A stretch of 63,341 nt of DNA, the filler included, from Mitosporidium daphniae (Eukaryota), in NCBI RefSeq assembly GCF_000760515.2. It is 15 parts of 15 records of this genome, joined end to end, with 100 filler letters (N's around TTAATTAATTAA, not from the genome) between each part and the next. Parts side by side here need not be neighbours in the genome. Positions count along the whole stretch, not along the records: positions 1 to 4,610 come from NW_013546607.1; positions 4,711 to 9,167 come from NW_013546606.1; positions 9,268 to 13,664 come from NW_013546605.1; 12 more parts are not named here. One strand, written 5' to 3'. The translations under genes and the position numbers were made by a program. Shown one piece after another: positions 1-11,802 of this stretch (within the stretch, counting starts at the first letter, position 1; each line of letters begins with the position of its first letter). Below the pieces are notes generated by a model that saw only the letters and a program-made list of their open reading frames with translations, made no database searches and had not been told where the DNA came from.

Positions 1-513
1 TTGGCCGAGCCATCCGCATGAATAGCCTGCACTTCGGCGGAAATCAAATCGCCCTCGACGAAGAACTGACGAATCAGCAACTCGTCTTCTTCTAATTTTC
101 TTCTCTGAATGCCGCCGGGAAGATAAATTGCCGATAGCTGCAGGGTAGCCGGTTGTTGGCCATTTAAATCGATGGCCCACTTTCGTTGACAAACCCTGAT
201 GACTCGGCCAACGATGACATCCCCGATTTCGCCAAGGTATCTTTGGAATTTACAAAAGCTTAAAGTACCTTGCCTTTGGAGGGATAACTCGTATAAGTTT
301 GTTGATGTACTCGACATTTCCAGCAACCGTAGACAAGATGGATGAATTTGAACTGTCGAGAATGGTACCGTTTCCACAAATAAACGACTCTATGTCGTTT
401 GTGATAAGATCTCCGGGCGTGTAAAACGAAGAAGACGAGATGGGAGGCTTCCGATCGTGTATAAGCTTATTGCTGCCATGCACCAAAAGCTCGTGTATCC
501 AATTTGAGGCCAT
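1..513 (-). CDS. RRP4: Exosome complex subunit Rrp4 (3' end runs off the window)
   Basis: Exon 1 contains TPGDLIT...STVAGNVEYINKLIRVIPPKAR. After a 28-nt GT-AG intron (241-268) it continues YLGEIGDVIVGRV...WAIDLNGQQPATLQLSAIYLPGGIQRRK...EGDLISAEVQ, the Rrp4 S1 domain. Confidence 0.93.
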
Positions 514-588
514 GGGGATGTATAAATAATTAAAATCCGGTCCGATAAATTATTTAAGGGAATAAAAATTTGCATGTACCCTAAAACG

Positions 589-643
589 GATATCCATGCA
601 CCTTAAAGCAGATATCCATGCACCTTAAAGCAGATATCCATGC
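589..643. repeat. 22-nt tandem repeat (GATATCCATGCACCTTAAAGCA), about 2.5 copies
   Basis: Exact copies at 589-610 and 611-632, a partial third copy, and a degenerate copy just upstream. Intergenic. Confidence 0.9.
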
Positions 644-832
644 CGCCCCGCCAAGCGGACAAATAATTTGTTTTCAACAATCAAGCGAAGCATACAAGCT
701 ATTATTGGCGGCGTAAAATTTGCAATTGCATATTTAATTAAACCTTGCGCCGCTCTGCATTAAAAATCACATATCTGTTGCGGATACACGCTGCTTAAAT
801 GGTCTGAAGCTTGGAAAATTATATACATCAGT

Positions 833-1421
833 TTAGTTATGTTCAGCGGGTTGTTCAGAATTTTGCGGGCTTTCGTTTGGAGGCTCGAGCGCAACACTGG
901 CTCCGTTAGACGGATCGGGCAACATTTGGCACTCATCATCTGCATCAAACCAGGATTGTTCGACGGTTTCTTTAACGCGCTTCACGTATTCTTGGCGGTT
1001 TTCCATGTAAAGTTGGGCCGCGTGTGCGTTAGCAGGGCTGTTTGGATTTGGATCGTGCAAAAGCGACTGGATACTTGTCAGTATTGAGGAAACATCATAG
1101 CTGGGGCTCCAGCGATTCTGAAGAATGTCCAGGCATAGCTGGCCATCGGGATAAACATTTGGATGGAACATCTTGGAGATAAATTTTACCGATGGCGGCT
1201 TGTTGGGATAGCTTTCGTCGAACCGGAGGACCAGGCGAAACGTTCCATCCTCAAATGGGGTATCCTCGGGGCTAAAATGAGCGCAAGATGCAATACCCGA
1301 ATATTACGGCCTGCCAAAGCATGATGTTGTCCGAAAGCGGCGATCCCGCAACTCCTGGCGGCGGGTCTTGCTGAATGCATCGGAAATCTCGCATCAAACG
1401 GCGACGGCAGGGAGTTGACAT
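833..1421 (-). CDS. RAD6: Ubiquitin-conjugating enzyme E2 Rad6/Ubc2
   Basis: [13 protein letters not shown]...WQAVIFG, a 25-nt intron (1272-1296), then [11 protein letters not shown]...[22 protein letters not shown] (catalytic Cys)...ETVEQSW. Confidence 0.96.
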
Positions 1422-1499
1422 TATTAATATTTGCTTGCAGGTTTTGAATTTAAATTCCATCGATAAACTTGTAAAATGTTGCTTTTAATTTGTATTTTC

Positions 1500-2651
1500 A
1501 TGACCATCCCTTCAAAGTCAGATTCATCGTTGCCGACATCTGCTTTTGCCTCGTCCTCTTGTTCTTCTTCGTCTTCTGAAAAGGAAATACGCATATCAAA
1601 CGTTCAGGACGTACAGTATCCTTTTTGGATCCACTTTTTCTCGGGCGGCATCGCTGGATCCGTCAGTGCTGTGATAACGTGCCCACTTGAGCTAGTCAAG
1701 ACTAGGTTCCAAAGCTCGCAATATTACACCGAAAATGTAAAATGGAGCTTCCGGAAAAATCTATTTCGAGCCACCTTTGGCCACGTGTCTACCACCCTGG
1801 GAGCGCTTCGGTATTTTGCTATTTTCATTTCTAGATTGATTTATTTAAACGAGGGCTTTTTCTCCTTGTGGAAAGGCGTTGGCGCCACATTGGTCGGTGT
1901 CATGCCTTCAAGGGCAATCTATTTTTCTTCCTATCAAACGTGTAAAACTCATTTTAGTCAATTTTTCTCCAACGGCATAGAAAGTGCCCCAATTCACATC
2001 GTATCTGCCATTTCAGCAGGTATGCATGTTTCATTCTCATTTTCAATGCTAGGAATCGTTACCACCACAGCAACAAATCCAATTTGGTTGGTTAAAACTA
2101 GAATCCAGCTTCAGTCGACCCCAAAGATTTATAAAAATTCTTTTGATTGTCTCAGAAAAATCGTTCGTAACGAGGGTCCGTTGGCGCTGTATCAAGGAAT
2201 GACAGCATCCTATTTGGGGTGCGTCGAGGGGGCGATTCAATGGGTCCTTTATGAAAAGCTAAAGGCTTTTTTTAAAGAAAAATCAAAAGCATCTTCCGAA
2301 AGCGGTTCCGGAAAGGCAGCCTTTTTTGCGGCAGCAATTTCTAAAGTCGTAGCGTGTTCCCTGACGTATCCCCATGAGGTTTTACGAACTCGACTGCGCC
2401 AAGGGGTGGTTGGAACGCCAACTCAAATTAAGGCTCCATATAAAGGCTTGGTGTCCACTATTCGAAGGATTTACACCGAAGAGGGAATAGCACCATTTTA
2501 TGGCGGCATGACTGCCCATCTCCTTAGAGTCGTTCCCAACGCGGCAATTATGTTCCTTTGTTATGAGCTTCTTGTTAGCTCAATATCTTACAAATATGGC
2601 TGTAAAGAAAATTTTGCTTCCTCGGAAAAGGAAGAACTAAAGGCAGTATAA
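1500..2651 (+). CDS. RIM2: Mitochondrial carrier, Rim2/SLC25A33-36 pyrimidine nucleotide type
   Basis: Three Px[DE/W]xx[KR]xR carrier signatures (CPLELVKTR, NPIWLVKTR, YPHEVLRTR) plus Rim2-like LVGVMPSRAIYF and ASYLGCVEGAIQWVLYE. Probable in-frame introns at 1811-1834 and 2020-2052. Confidence 0.9.
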   Translation: MTIPSKSDSSLPTSAFASSSCSSSSSEKEIRISNVQDVQYPFWIHFFSGGIAGSVSAVITCPLELVKTRFQSSQYYTENVKWSFRKNLFRATFGHVSTTLGALRYFAIFISRLIYLNEGFFSLWKGVGATLVGVMPSRAIYFSSYQTCKTHFSQFFSNGIESAPIHIVSAISAGMHVSFSFSMLGIVTTTATNPIWLVKTRIQLQSTPKIYKNSFDCLRKIVRNEGPLALYQGMTASYLGCVEGAIQWVLYEKLKAFFKEKSKASSESGSGKAAFFAAAISKVVACSLTYPHEVLRTRLRQGVVGTPTQIKAPYKGLVSTIRRIYTEEGIAPFYGGMTAHLLRVVPNAAIMFLCYELLVSSISYKYGCKENFASSEKEELKAV

Positions 2652-2740
2652 GTATAAAGCGCCACGGCAGCGACCGTGGGAGGTTGTAAACGTAATAATT
2701 TAACAAATAAATTTATTGTAATTCTTCAAGCTCCATTTTG

Positions 2741-4309
2741 TCAGCACACAAAGCTTTGTATTTCAGCCTCCAAAGACCTTTTGGAAATGCTTGAAGAAAG
2801 TGCTCTTACAACGTCTTTGGAAGATATACAAGGGGCTGATTGTACAATGGTTTCCTTTGGCTCTACAATGGTTTCCTCTGGCTCTACAATGGTTTCCTCT
2901 GGCTCTACAATGGTTTCCTCGACTTGGCCAGCGTATATCGTTCCAAGTTCATTGTTCTCAAAAACAATGGATGAGCAAAACCCATCCGTCGATGAAATAA
3001 CGAGAACAATGGAGTCATCTTTGCATATCTTGGTCCAGCAAAGATCGGTGATCGCGGCAAAATGCATGCCATTCAACACAACCAACGGAGAAGCCCGATC
3101 GGTGCGGTATATAATAACGGAATCTTGCGTTCCAACTGCAAATACCATTGCATATGGTAGAGATATCAACGACGTTCCGCCGATCAGCTGAAACAAACTT
3201 GGATGGAATCGAACAACAACCGGCGCCTTATCAAATGGCCCCAGAACAATAGAAGGCATAGCCTGAGCAGTGCTTGAAGGTTACAAATCCGATATGGTGT
3301 TACGTTAATAAACTAGCGCGGGAGTACAAAAATAGACACAAGTGTTGCCGCCTAGCAAAGGGAGACGTCGCATCTGCAATGATGCCGCATGGGGTGGCCA
3401 AAATAGACCCATCTGGGCTAAACGAAAGCCTTCGGAAAAATGTGACCAACGTTTCATCGTTGAACAGTTTTGCATAAGTGGGTTTGCCTGAAACTTCGGC
3501 GCATTGATTAGAGGGCACACGAGATAGAATGTGTATGCATTTGGTTGAGAATTTCTTATGATTTTCATAGGAATAAACCTTTACGGATCTCAAAATTACG
3601 AGAAACATCCGGTACCTGTCGCTGCTTTGGGTTGCAAAAAGAAATCCAAGCGGATCTAAGCTAATGCCTTGCACAAAATGAGAATGATCGCGAAGTATCC
3701 TTGTTATTTTTCCTAACGGATAGCAAGCGTGTGCATTACCTGTAGAGTAGCACCAAATTACGGTATTGTTGTTGGTCAGGGCCAGGATGATAAAACTGCC
3801 GCAAGGGGACCACTTTAGATCGTAGATGTCTTCAGAGTCAGCAATCCTTCAATTAATGCAAAGACAAACCTGCAAATGACGATAGGATTCCACGTCTCTT
3901 GGTTTTCCGAGCCATTCTGATCAGACGCATCTGTCGAGGCCATGCCAAGTTCAGCATTTGGAGATCGCGCCTGAAGTGACCAAAGGATCAAAAGAGCGCC
4001 TAGAAATAGCCAAAAAATCGATACCATCACCGGCAGAGGCAAGAATGGTTTCTACAAATTAGCAAACACAAGTGGGAAACCTTTTGGGTGAAAAGATATC
4101 GAGTTTACTGCCTTTGTGTGTTTGTGCAGCGAACTGAGATGAACAATTTGATATGAATCTGAGAACGTCCAGACCTACATATTATGAGCCGATGTTACTC
4201 TGATAGAGTTGTCAGCACCTGCAGAGGCAAATCTGAACACAGAATCACTGCATAGTGCATAGATGGGCTGTTTTTCATGCCAATACACCTCAAGCAGTTT
4301 GGCTTTCAT
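2741..4309 (-). CDS. CAC2: Chromatin assembly factor 1 p60 subunit (WD40), multi-intron
   Basis: Starts MKAKLLEVYWHEKQPIY. Contains FASAGADNSIR, HTKAVN, DIYDLKWSP, DHSHFVQGISLDP, FFRRLSFSPDGSILATPCG, HFAAITDLCW and ISSTDGFCS, joined across several tiny introns (e.g. 4175-4198). Confidence 0.9.
2843..2920. repeat. 21-nt coding tandem repeat (ETIVEPE), about 3.7 copies, in the Cac2 C-terminal tail
   Basis: TACAATGGTTTCCTCTGGCTC repeated directly. Confidence 0.9.
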
Positions 4310-4610
4310 TAATTTTAATTTTAATTTCTTTGTTGAAATGGCTGTTCACTCGACTTTTTCTTCCGTCTCCACCTCCACCCCGGCTTCTTCTGCTTCCTCT
4401 TCCTCGTTGCTACTTTCGATTTGCTCCGGTTTGGGGAAATACAAAACCACTGGCGAAAAAAGTGATCTGAAGACCGAATATATTTTTGATAAAGAAATTA
4501 AAATTAAAATTAATGAAAGCCAAACTGCTTGAGGTGTATTGGCATGAAAAACAGCCCATCTATGCACTATGCAGTGATTCTGTGTTCAGATTTGCCTCTG
4601 CAGGTGCTGA
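4212..4610. repeat. Perfect 120-nt inverted duplication of the CAC2 5' end at the contig end
   Basis: 4491-4610 is the reverse complement of 4212-4331, with a 159-nt spacer between the arms. Confidence 0.92.
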
Positions 4611-4710
4611 NNNNNNNNNNNNNNNNNNNNNNNNNNNNNNNNNNNNNNNNNNNNTTAATTAATTAANNNNNNNNNNNNNNNNNNNNNNNNNNNNNNNNNN
4701 NNNNNNNNNN
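4611..4710. other. Artificial contig linker N44-TTAATTAATTAA-N44 (first of 14)
   Basis: Identical 100-nt blocks start at 4611, 9168, 13665, 18159, 22646, 27030, 31338, 35609, 39774, 43874, 47854, 51815, 55701 and 59523. The core gives stops in all six frames. Confidence 0.98.
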
Positions 4711-5520
4711 ACCTTTCTGTGGCATTTTCGATTACTAATTAACTCGGGTTAGAGGCAGCCTATTACACACTCCAACCGGTCTGTTCATAAATTTTACGCG
4801 ATATCACGTTACTTTTTGCAATTTCTCGGTTATACTCGCAATATTAACTGAGATACGCTTGATTTTGTTTTTACCCAAAAAATCTCTTTGGTGGACATAA
4901 ATCGTGCTAACTCTTTATATTTACCTCAAGCTATATATCCTCAATTATGGCATAAAAAATTAATTTTCATATGTCAGTCCTTATCAAGTTTATTTCCAGG
5001 AGTTATTCCATCAAGTCCACAGGAAATAAGGCCAATTTCTTTAAAATCAATCTCATGCCACTTTTTAAAATTTGGGTTAAAATAGCAACAAGCTCACAGG
5101 CATTCAACTTTAAATGCTTGATTGTCGTAAGAATAGCATTGTCTTGGGACTCTCATTGCTGGCGTGCTTCTGTATTTACCTTTCTGCAAGGTGTTTTTCC
5201 TGAAAAAAGGTATTAATTTCTTTCTAATTAATGTTCACAATTCTGCCCCAAGTAAAAGAAAAAAGTGTGACAAAAGCTGTAATTGACCGCATAAATTTAA
5301 TCTGCATCTCATGATTAGCAGGTAAGACAAAAAACAAGCATACCACAGGAAAAAGACCAAGAAGCTTGCTTGAGCAAGTAGAATTCTCATCATAAATTTT
5401 ACAGAAAAAGCCGACCTTTTATTAATGTCATGACCGATCAATCATATGCTCAATGGCGACTTTGCATTTTACACTCGGTAATTAAGACACATGACTGCTC
5501 TTTTTTAGATTTAATTATTA

Positions 5521-5620
5521 AACCAATTCCATATATTGCAAGCCAATTCCATATATTGCAAGCCAGTTCCATATATTGCAAGCCAGTTCCATATATTGCA
5601 AACCAATTCCATATATTGAC
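5521..5620. repeat. 20-nt tandem repeat (ARCCARTTCCATATATTGCA), 5 copies
   Basis: Five directly adjacent near-identical units with no spacers. Confidence 0.93.
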
Positions 5621-6305
5621 TTGCCCTTGGTGAGTGCCTGATTTGTCAAGCCGCTATTCTGTCAACAGATACTTGCTTTCAGACGGCTTTTTAAACTCCT
5701 CTTAACCAGAACGAGACGAAACCGCGGTGAGTAAGCCGAGACCCAGGAAAATTTCCAATCTAGACTATCTGCTTCGCAACTTTTAATTCAAACCAAGAAG
5801 AAGCCATCTATAAATGTGGGGTTAACAAGACAGAACAAGCTATTTTCAGAAATAGATACTATTTTGATGATGATGCTGAACTTGAAGCAAGTCTTTCTGC
5901 CATTTATAGTTCCTTCAATATTGCGGGGGTTCAACCAGAAAGGATTAAGAGATGATATGTGTTTCAAAAATAGTGTTTGATTGGGTTTGTCGCGCTTTGA
6001 AATTATCGCTAAAAAATTGATAAAAAAGCAAGCATATCTCAATACCAATGGAGCCCTAATAAAAGGGAAGATAAAATCGCCTTAAATTGCCATAAGATCA
6101 AAATTAGAATTTGATGGTGCTATTGCAGGTCAAATAAACGGGTCAAGTCCACTCGATTTAGGGTTACAAATTCAGGTTTATCCTCAACCTTTTAAATTTG
6201 AAACGATGTTCAGGGGAAATATCGAACTTCGACCGTGGGGTTGTCCAAAACGGCAAAATTTGTATTTTCAATTGGACACAATTTAATTTTCCAAATATTA
6301 GTTCT

Positions 6306-9167
6306 ATGATATCAAGTGAACCTGAAAATGATAATCCTCAGGTAAGTGCAAACGCTATCAAAAGGCCAAAACCTAGATCTGGTCGCAACGGCTCCAATTT
6401 AGAAAATATAGACCTCTATTTATCCATCAAAGAGTCTAGACATACTCCGTCAAAGCTTGGCGCCAATTTTATAAAATGGCTATTGGCGGATTCCGATTCT
6501 GCCATTATGCACTTCATCGGATTGCTGCTTAAAGTATTTGGTGTTTTATTGACCATATAGTCGTCCGGGTTTAACGGGCCAATTTCAAAATCCCAAATTG
6601 CGAGCGACGACCCAGTGACCTTGTTTTCAGAAATTCAATCATCCAGTCCAAGCGTAATGCTTTAAGTGTGTAACCGTTTTAGCTGTTCGATAAGGAGTTC
6701 ATGTTTCAAAAAAAGGAACGTAGAGACTATAAGACCTTCAAATCGAAATTCTCATCCTTTATCTCTAATTTGGTTCTCGATATGAACAGTCACGAGGAGG
6801 ATTTGGAGGTATTTAAGCGGCTGCTTGGATGGATTCTTGCCCTTTCGTCATGTCAATACAGGCCGTTTAGGATTACAGCAACATTTTGTGGCTTGTATAT
6901 CCAGGAAAGTTTATGCAGATTAATTGTTCACAACTACGTTGATTTGGAATCCAATCAGGTTTCCATTGCGACCTTTTCGTCGCTTTTGGACTTTATTTTC
7001 AATGGACTTTATCTTCATAGATATCGTGATGTGGACCCCTATATCCGAGCGGTCTGTGTCAAGCATCTAGCAGAGTGGATCATTATCTATCCAAAAAAGT
7101 TTTTGGATAACTCTTATCTTCGGTACATCGGATGGATATTATCCGATAAGGTTGCTGAAGCCAGAGCAGAGGCAATAACTTCAATCATCACGTTGATCGA
7201 ATCTGCTGAAAAAGATATTATATTTAGCGGTATCCGCTCTTTTTTGGATCGGTTTCTACCTCGTATTCTTGAGTGTGCATCCAGAGATAAAGACAACACC
7301 GCTCAAAATGCATCGCTGCATCTTTTGCACAAGCTTTCTGCGCATGAGTTAGTTGACATCGAAATATTGGATAGCCTGCTTTTTGTTCTGTTTTCCAAAA
7401 ACCCACAGGCAAAAGGCCTATTTGTCAAAATATTGACTATTTTGCTGTCAAAAAAGACGCAATCTCCGCATATGGCCGAGTTCAAGTCGATTTTCAGTAT
7501 CACCGGATGGCTTCTTCAAAAATTTCCACCATCCTTTTGTTGCCTCAAAAAAGATCTCTGCTCGTTGATCGTAGTGAGTCTTGTTGAATGCTATCAGGGA
7601 TCCGCGGAAGCTCAACATATGCACTTTGAGAACATTGTATCTTTTCTTTGCTCGGATTTTTCTCTGATTCCGATGAATGAGATCGAAGTGGACCTGGATA
7701 GCATTAGACAAATTTTGCTCTACTTTCTAAGTGCACTGTGCAAAAACGCGGGGTCCTCTTCCAATGAAATTATTTCTCTTTTCATTCTGAATTGGGGAAA
7801 AATCTTTTCCAATATCCATTCTACCCCAAATTTCAAAAAGATCATTTTTTCCATTGTGCATGGCATGATTGCAAAAGCTCCTATTTCTCCGGTATGTGAG
7901 TCTGATTCAAAAGAATGGCTAATTTCCATTTCAGAGATTTTCTCCTCTGCGCAAATGGTGTTCCTTGACATCTCGTCATTTGGTACAGAAGATACGGAGA
8001 GCACCAATGTATCATTAGTCAAGAGCATAGTTTCGGCCTTTGGAATTGAAAATTTACTCGTGGAAAAGCGAACCCTTCTTTTCAGCATATATTCGCATTT
8101 AGAAGAGCAATTTTGTGCACTCTCCGGGGCTCCATTAGAGCATTACCTTTGTCAAGGTGATAGTGCAAAACTGTGCATCACCATGGATAAGCTGCAGTGT
8201 CTGTACAATGAATTGTCTACATCTGGCTCCCTGTTATTTGATGACGTCAAGAAACTTATTGTTGGCCACTTTGAGAAAATATTGGATCAATACAACGGGA
8301 TTTTTTCCGTTTTGCAGGCTTATCCTTCAAATTCAAACGTATTGACACTTTTTAATTACATTTCTACATATCTTTTTTCAATCTCTAAGCTGATCGCGTC
8401 AAATGAAGAAGCTTCGCAAGTAATCTTTTCCATCATCAAATCGAGCTCTACTTGTGGAGTGGTAACCAAAAGTTCGCCATCGACGCAAGCCTTCGCACTG
8501 TATACGGATGCTTTACTTTTTGCTCTGAAAAGCGGGAAACTTTCGGTCAAAGACATTGACAGGACGCCTTTGGATTGCATTGAAAATAGCATCGTAAAGA
8601 ACTTCTATACCCTGTCAAGATCTAACTCATCCAAAATCAGTACCGACTTTTCTGAATTTGTTGCTCATATCGGATGTGACCTGGAGGTGGTTCGCTCAGA
8701 TGAATACTCAAACATAAAGTGCTACCTCAAACTGCTTTTTATGCAGCTCGTTGACGCAAAAATATTGAAGCTGTTTCTTCAATTATTTGAAAGCCTTCCT
8801 AATCCACTGATATTACTTTTCAAATCTTATTTGGCCGCTCTTTCGGAGCCGTCCTTTCTGTCATCCATCATAAATACCCTTGCAGAGGGCTTTCTGGACC
8901 TTAGTAATTCGGATCTCTCCTCTGTTGAGCATGTGCAAAGGCTAGACGAGTTTTTATGTTCAATCTTTTCGCCGTCTCATGAAAAAGGGACCACTTTTCC
9001 TCAGTCACATGTCTTGGAAACATTCACAATTGCCCTCGTGTCCGCATTTGTTAAGCAATATTTTGAAAACAAGGATATCAATTTTTATATTTTCAAGCTC
9101 GTTAACGAGGGTTGGGCAAAAAATCTGTCTGCAAACACTGCATATGAAATCAACGCCAGCGTAGAGT
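6306..9167 (+). CDS. SCC3: Cohesin subunit Scc3/STAG (3'-truncated by the contig end)
   Basis: STAG/SCD motifs LSSCQYRPFRITAT and HRYRDVDPYIRAVCVKHLAEWIIIYPKKFLDNSYLRYIGWILSDK. 5' exons are joined by introns 6534-6560 (27 nt) and 6654-6682 (29 nt). Confidence 0.93.
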
Positions 9168-9267
9168 NNNNNNNNNNNNNNNNNNNNNNNNNNNNNNNNN
9201 NNNNNNNNNNNTTAATTAATTAANNNNNNNNNNNNNNNNNNNNNNNNNNNNNNNNNNNNNNNNNNNN

Positions 9268-10705
9268 ATATTCGATCTCCTTCTTATCCGATGTAAGAAG
9301 CCCCAAAATGTCTTTTTGTGTATCCAAAGACAAAGTAAAGTACGGAATTGACGTAAGAGGGCTTGAAACGGAAAGCCATGGAGAGGCCTCTAGTGGAGAA
9401 AACACCCTTGATTGCGGTGCAAGGAAGCTAATTTTGCTGGAAATCCTTTTCGAATCGTATAAATCTGATACGCGTATGGAAGCACGAAACTTGGCAATCG
9501 GCCAAAAATATGCTCGAGCTTTGTATAGCATAGTTTTCGCCTTTTCAACATACGACGAATGATCGTAGCTTGATATTTCAGGATGCCCAATGAACTGGAT
9601 CAAGAGATTACCGGGGTGTAAATCTGCATGAGAAAAATTGTCCAATAAAAGCATTTTCAAAAACGAAGCAAAAACCGTTGAAATTATTTGGTCGCTCATA
9701 TGGCTGATGACGATAGAGTTGTTCTGATGCTCGGCCGATGGGTAAAGGGCATCGATGGAAAGCCCGATTTCTAAACTTTCCACAAGAACATCGCACGACA
9801 CGTATGGATATATCGGAATAGGAAATGAGACTTTATCTTCGCATCCATAGAAATTTGCCCGGAAAACATCTAGATTTCGGGCCTCGATTCGTAGGTCAGC
9901 TTGGCCCCTGAATGATTTGGAAAGATGCGAAATTTCCTGTCTCAATCCAACCCAACGAAGAGCCGGAAAGAGGGCATCAAGCACGGTAGCGACTAATTTA
10001 AGTAGTGCCAAATCAACGTCAAGAAAAAAATGAACGTTTGGATGGATAATTTTGACTGCAACGGGAGTGCTCTTTTCGTCATTCAAGATAGCCCTATGAA
10101 CCTATCATAAAAAATAGGGCAAGAACCTGAGCAATACTTCCTGAGCCACAGGGCGTTTCTTCAAAATAGGAAAAGATTTCGTATGGATCTTTGGAGAAAG
10201 ACCTTTTCAATATGTCCATAGAATCTTGAATCGAATGTACTGGGGAGTGGTGGTGGAATATCTTAATTGCAGATAGCAATGTTGATGGAATTAAATCCGG
10301 CCGTGTAGACGCCCATTGACTGAGCTTAATCCACGTTGGGCCCAATAAGCAGACTGTTTTGACCAAAATCGAAATCGAGATGTTAGAAACCGTAAAAAAC
10401 AGCGATTCTGGAAGCACTAAATACAAGCAGGAAAGAAGCGCCCCGCTAGGAACAAAAAGCACAGATATAGAGAACAGCTGAAGAAATCGGAGAAAAACAT
10501 CGATGCAGAATCCAAATCCGGCTGAAAAATCGGGCCGGTTACATTTTACTGTTCGAGATGGGAGGATGTGGCAAAGCAGTCCCTTCGAGTGCAGCTTTTT
10601 TGGAACAAGAGATGGGATCGATGGGATCCTCAAGAATTCGTTTGAATAAATCCTATTGATCACTAGGGGAATGAAATTTGATATCCTCGGAAATTTAAAA
10701 CCCAT
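9268..10705 (-). CDS. ABC1/UbiB-family atypical kinase, ADCK2-like (3'-truncated)
   Basis: LGPTWIKLSQWASTRPDL, GSGSIAQ|VHRA (25-nt intron 10102-10126), VAVKIIHP and FLKMLLLDNFSHADLHPGN. Confidence 0.9.
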
Positions 10706-10854
10706 CAAAATTTTAAATTACAATGGGAGTTGTATACAAATTTTCCTGGTCACATCAAAGAATATGTTGGGCAGCCAATTGGGTTGGATGAAAAATATTT
10801 TTTTGGAGCCCGAATGAATTTAAACTTTGTAGTTTACATTTACATTTATCGAGT

Positions 10855-11738
10855 ATGAATTACCTGAAAGAATACTTTGATAGTACTGGTATTTCTTTTG
10901 ATTTTAGTTTTGCCGTTAATCACCAAGCAGGTTCAACAGGATTATGAGCAAATATCAATCCTCAATGGATACTCGGAAGGTTTTCGATCGCTTCCTTTCT
11001 TCTAGATCGCGAAAGCAAGATAAAAATCGTGCTGGACTCCCTAGCTGATTCAAATATCAATTCCCAAGATGAGAAAACAAAGCTATTGATGGCTCTTGAT
11101 AGCAATTTGGCCGAGGCATGTTCGTTTGCCAAAGAAAAGATCTTGATTGCAACTAGTTGCTATGATTATGTATTTCCCGCCTTCATACCAACTCCTAGGT
11201 TGACAAGCAGGTCCGGAGGCTGGATTCTGACCTTGAAAAATTTGACTCTGCCCTATTAAGATACAAATCCTCCAAGGGTTTGCTTGACCCGTAATTTTAA
11301 TTTAGGCAAAGACCAATCACAGATCCTTGGGCCTTCCAATCAGGACCAGCACCAATTTAACAAGCTTGGGCTAAAGCATGAAAACCAGGCGCCGTTCGCC
11401 ATGATACCTGGCGAAGATGGCTGCGATACCATCCATCCATCAAACGGAAAAATGTCTGCAAACGAGTTTCCCATAGACCCTAATGAGCCAACGTACTGCT
11501 TTTGTAAACAGGTTGCATTTGGAGAAATGATTGCCTGCGACAACGATGATGTATCTATATTTTCTCAATGTAGTGCGATATCAAATGGTTTCACTTTGAG
11601 TGTGTTAATATGAAGACGCTTCCAAAGGGGGTTTGGTACTGCTTTGAATGCGAGTCTCTCGAAAATCAGTCAAAACCCGGATCTTTAGGGTCATCTCTGC
11701 CCAATAGACGGGTGAAGAATGTCCCAATTAGGAAATGA
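10855..11738 (+). CDS. ING-family PHD finger chromatin protein (Yng2/Pho23-like), multi-intron
   Basis: N-terminal helical region ([11 protein letters not shown]), then [38 protein letters not shown]...KGVWYCFEC across a 23-nt intron (11551-11573). Confidence 0.92.
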
Positions 11739-11802
11739 CGCACCACCTGTATTTTATGAGAACCAAAATAAATTTTCCGTTGTTTAGTTGGGATTTTACT
11801 TG

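Noticed and set aside
4255..4567. Pair of ORFs with identical N-termini (MHRWAVFHANTPQ) on opposite strands
   Set aside because: They are a by-product of the 120-nt inverted duplication and are antisense to CAC2.
4655..4666. Regularly recurring palindromic TTAATTAATTAA as a biological repeat or insertion site
   Set aside because: It is always flanked by exactly 44 Ns on each side, so it is a synthetic six-frame-stop linker.
5521..5620. CRISPR-like array (also considered for 589, 39500, 43496 and 51381)
   Set aside because: The units are directly adjacent with no unique spacers, there are no cas genes, and the context is eukaryotic.
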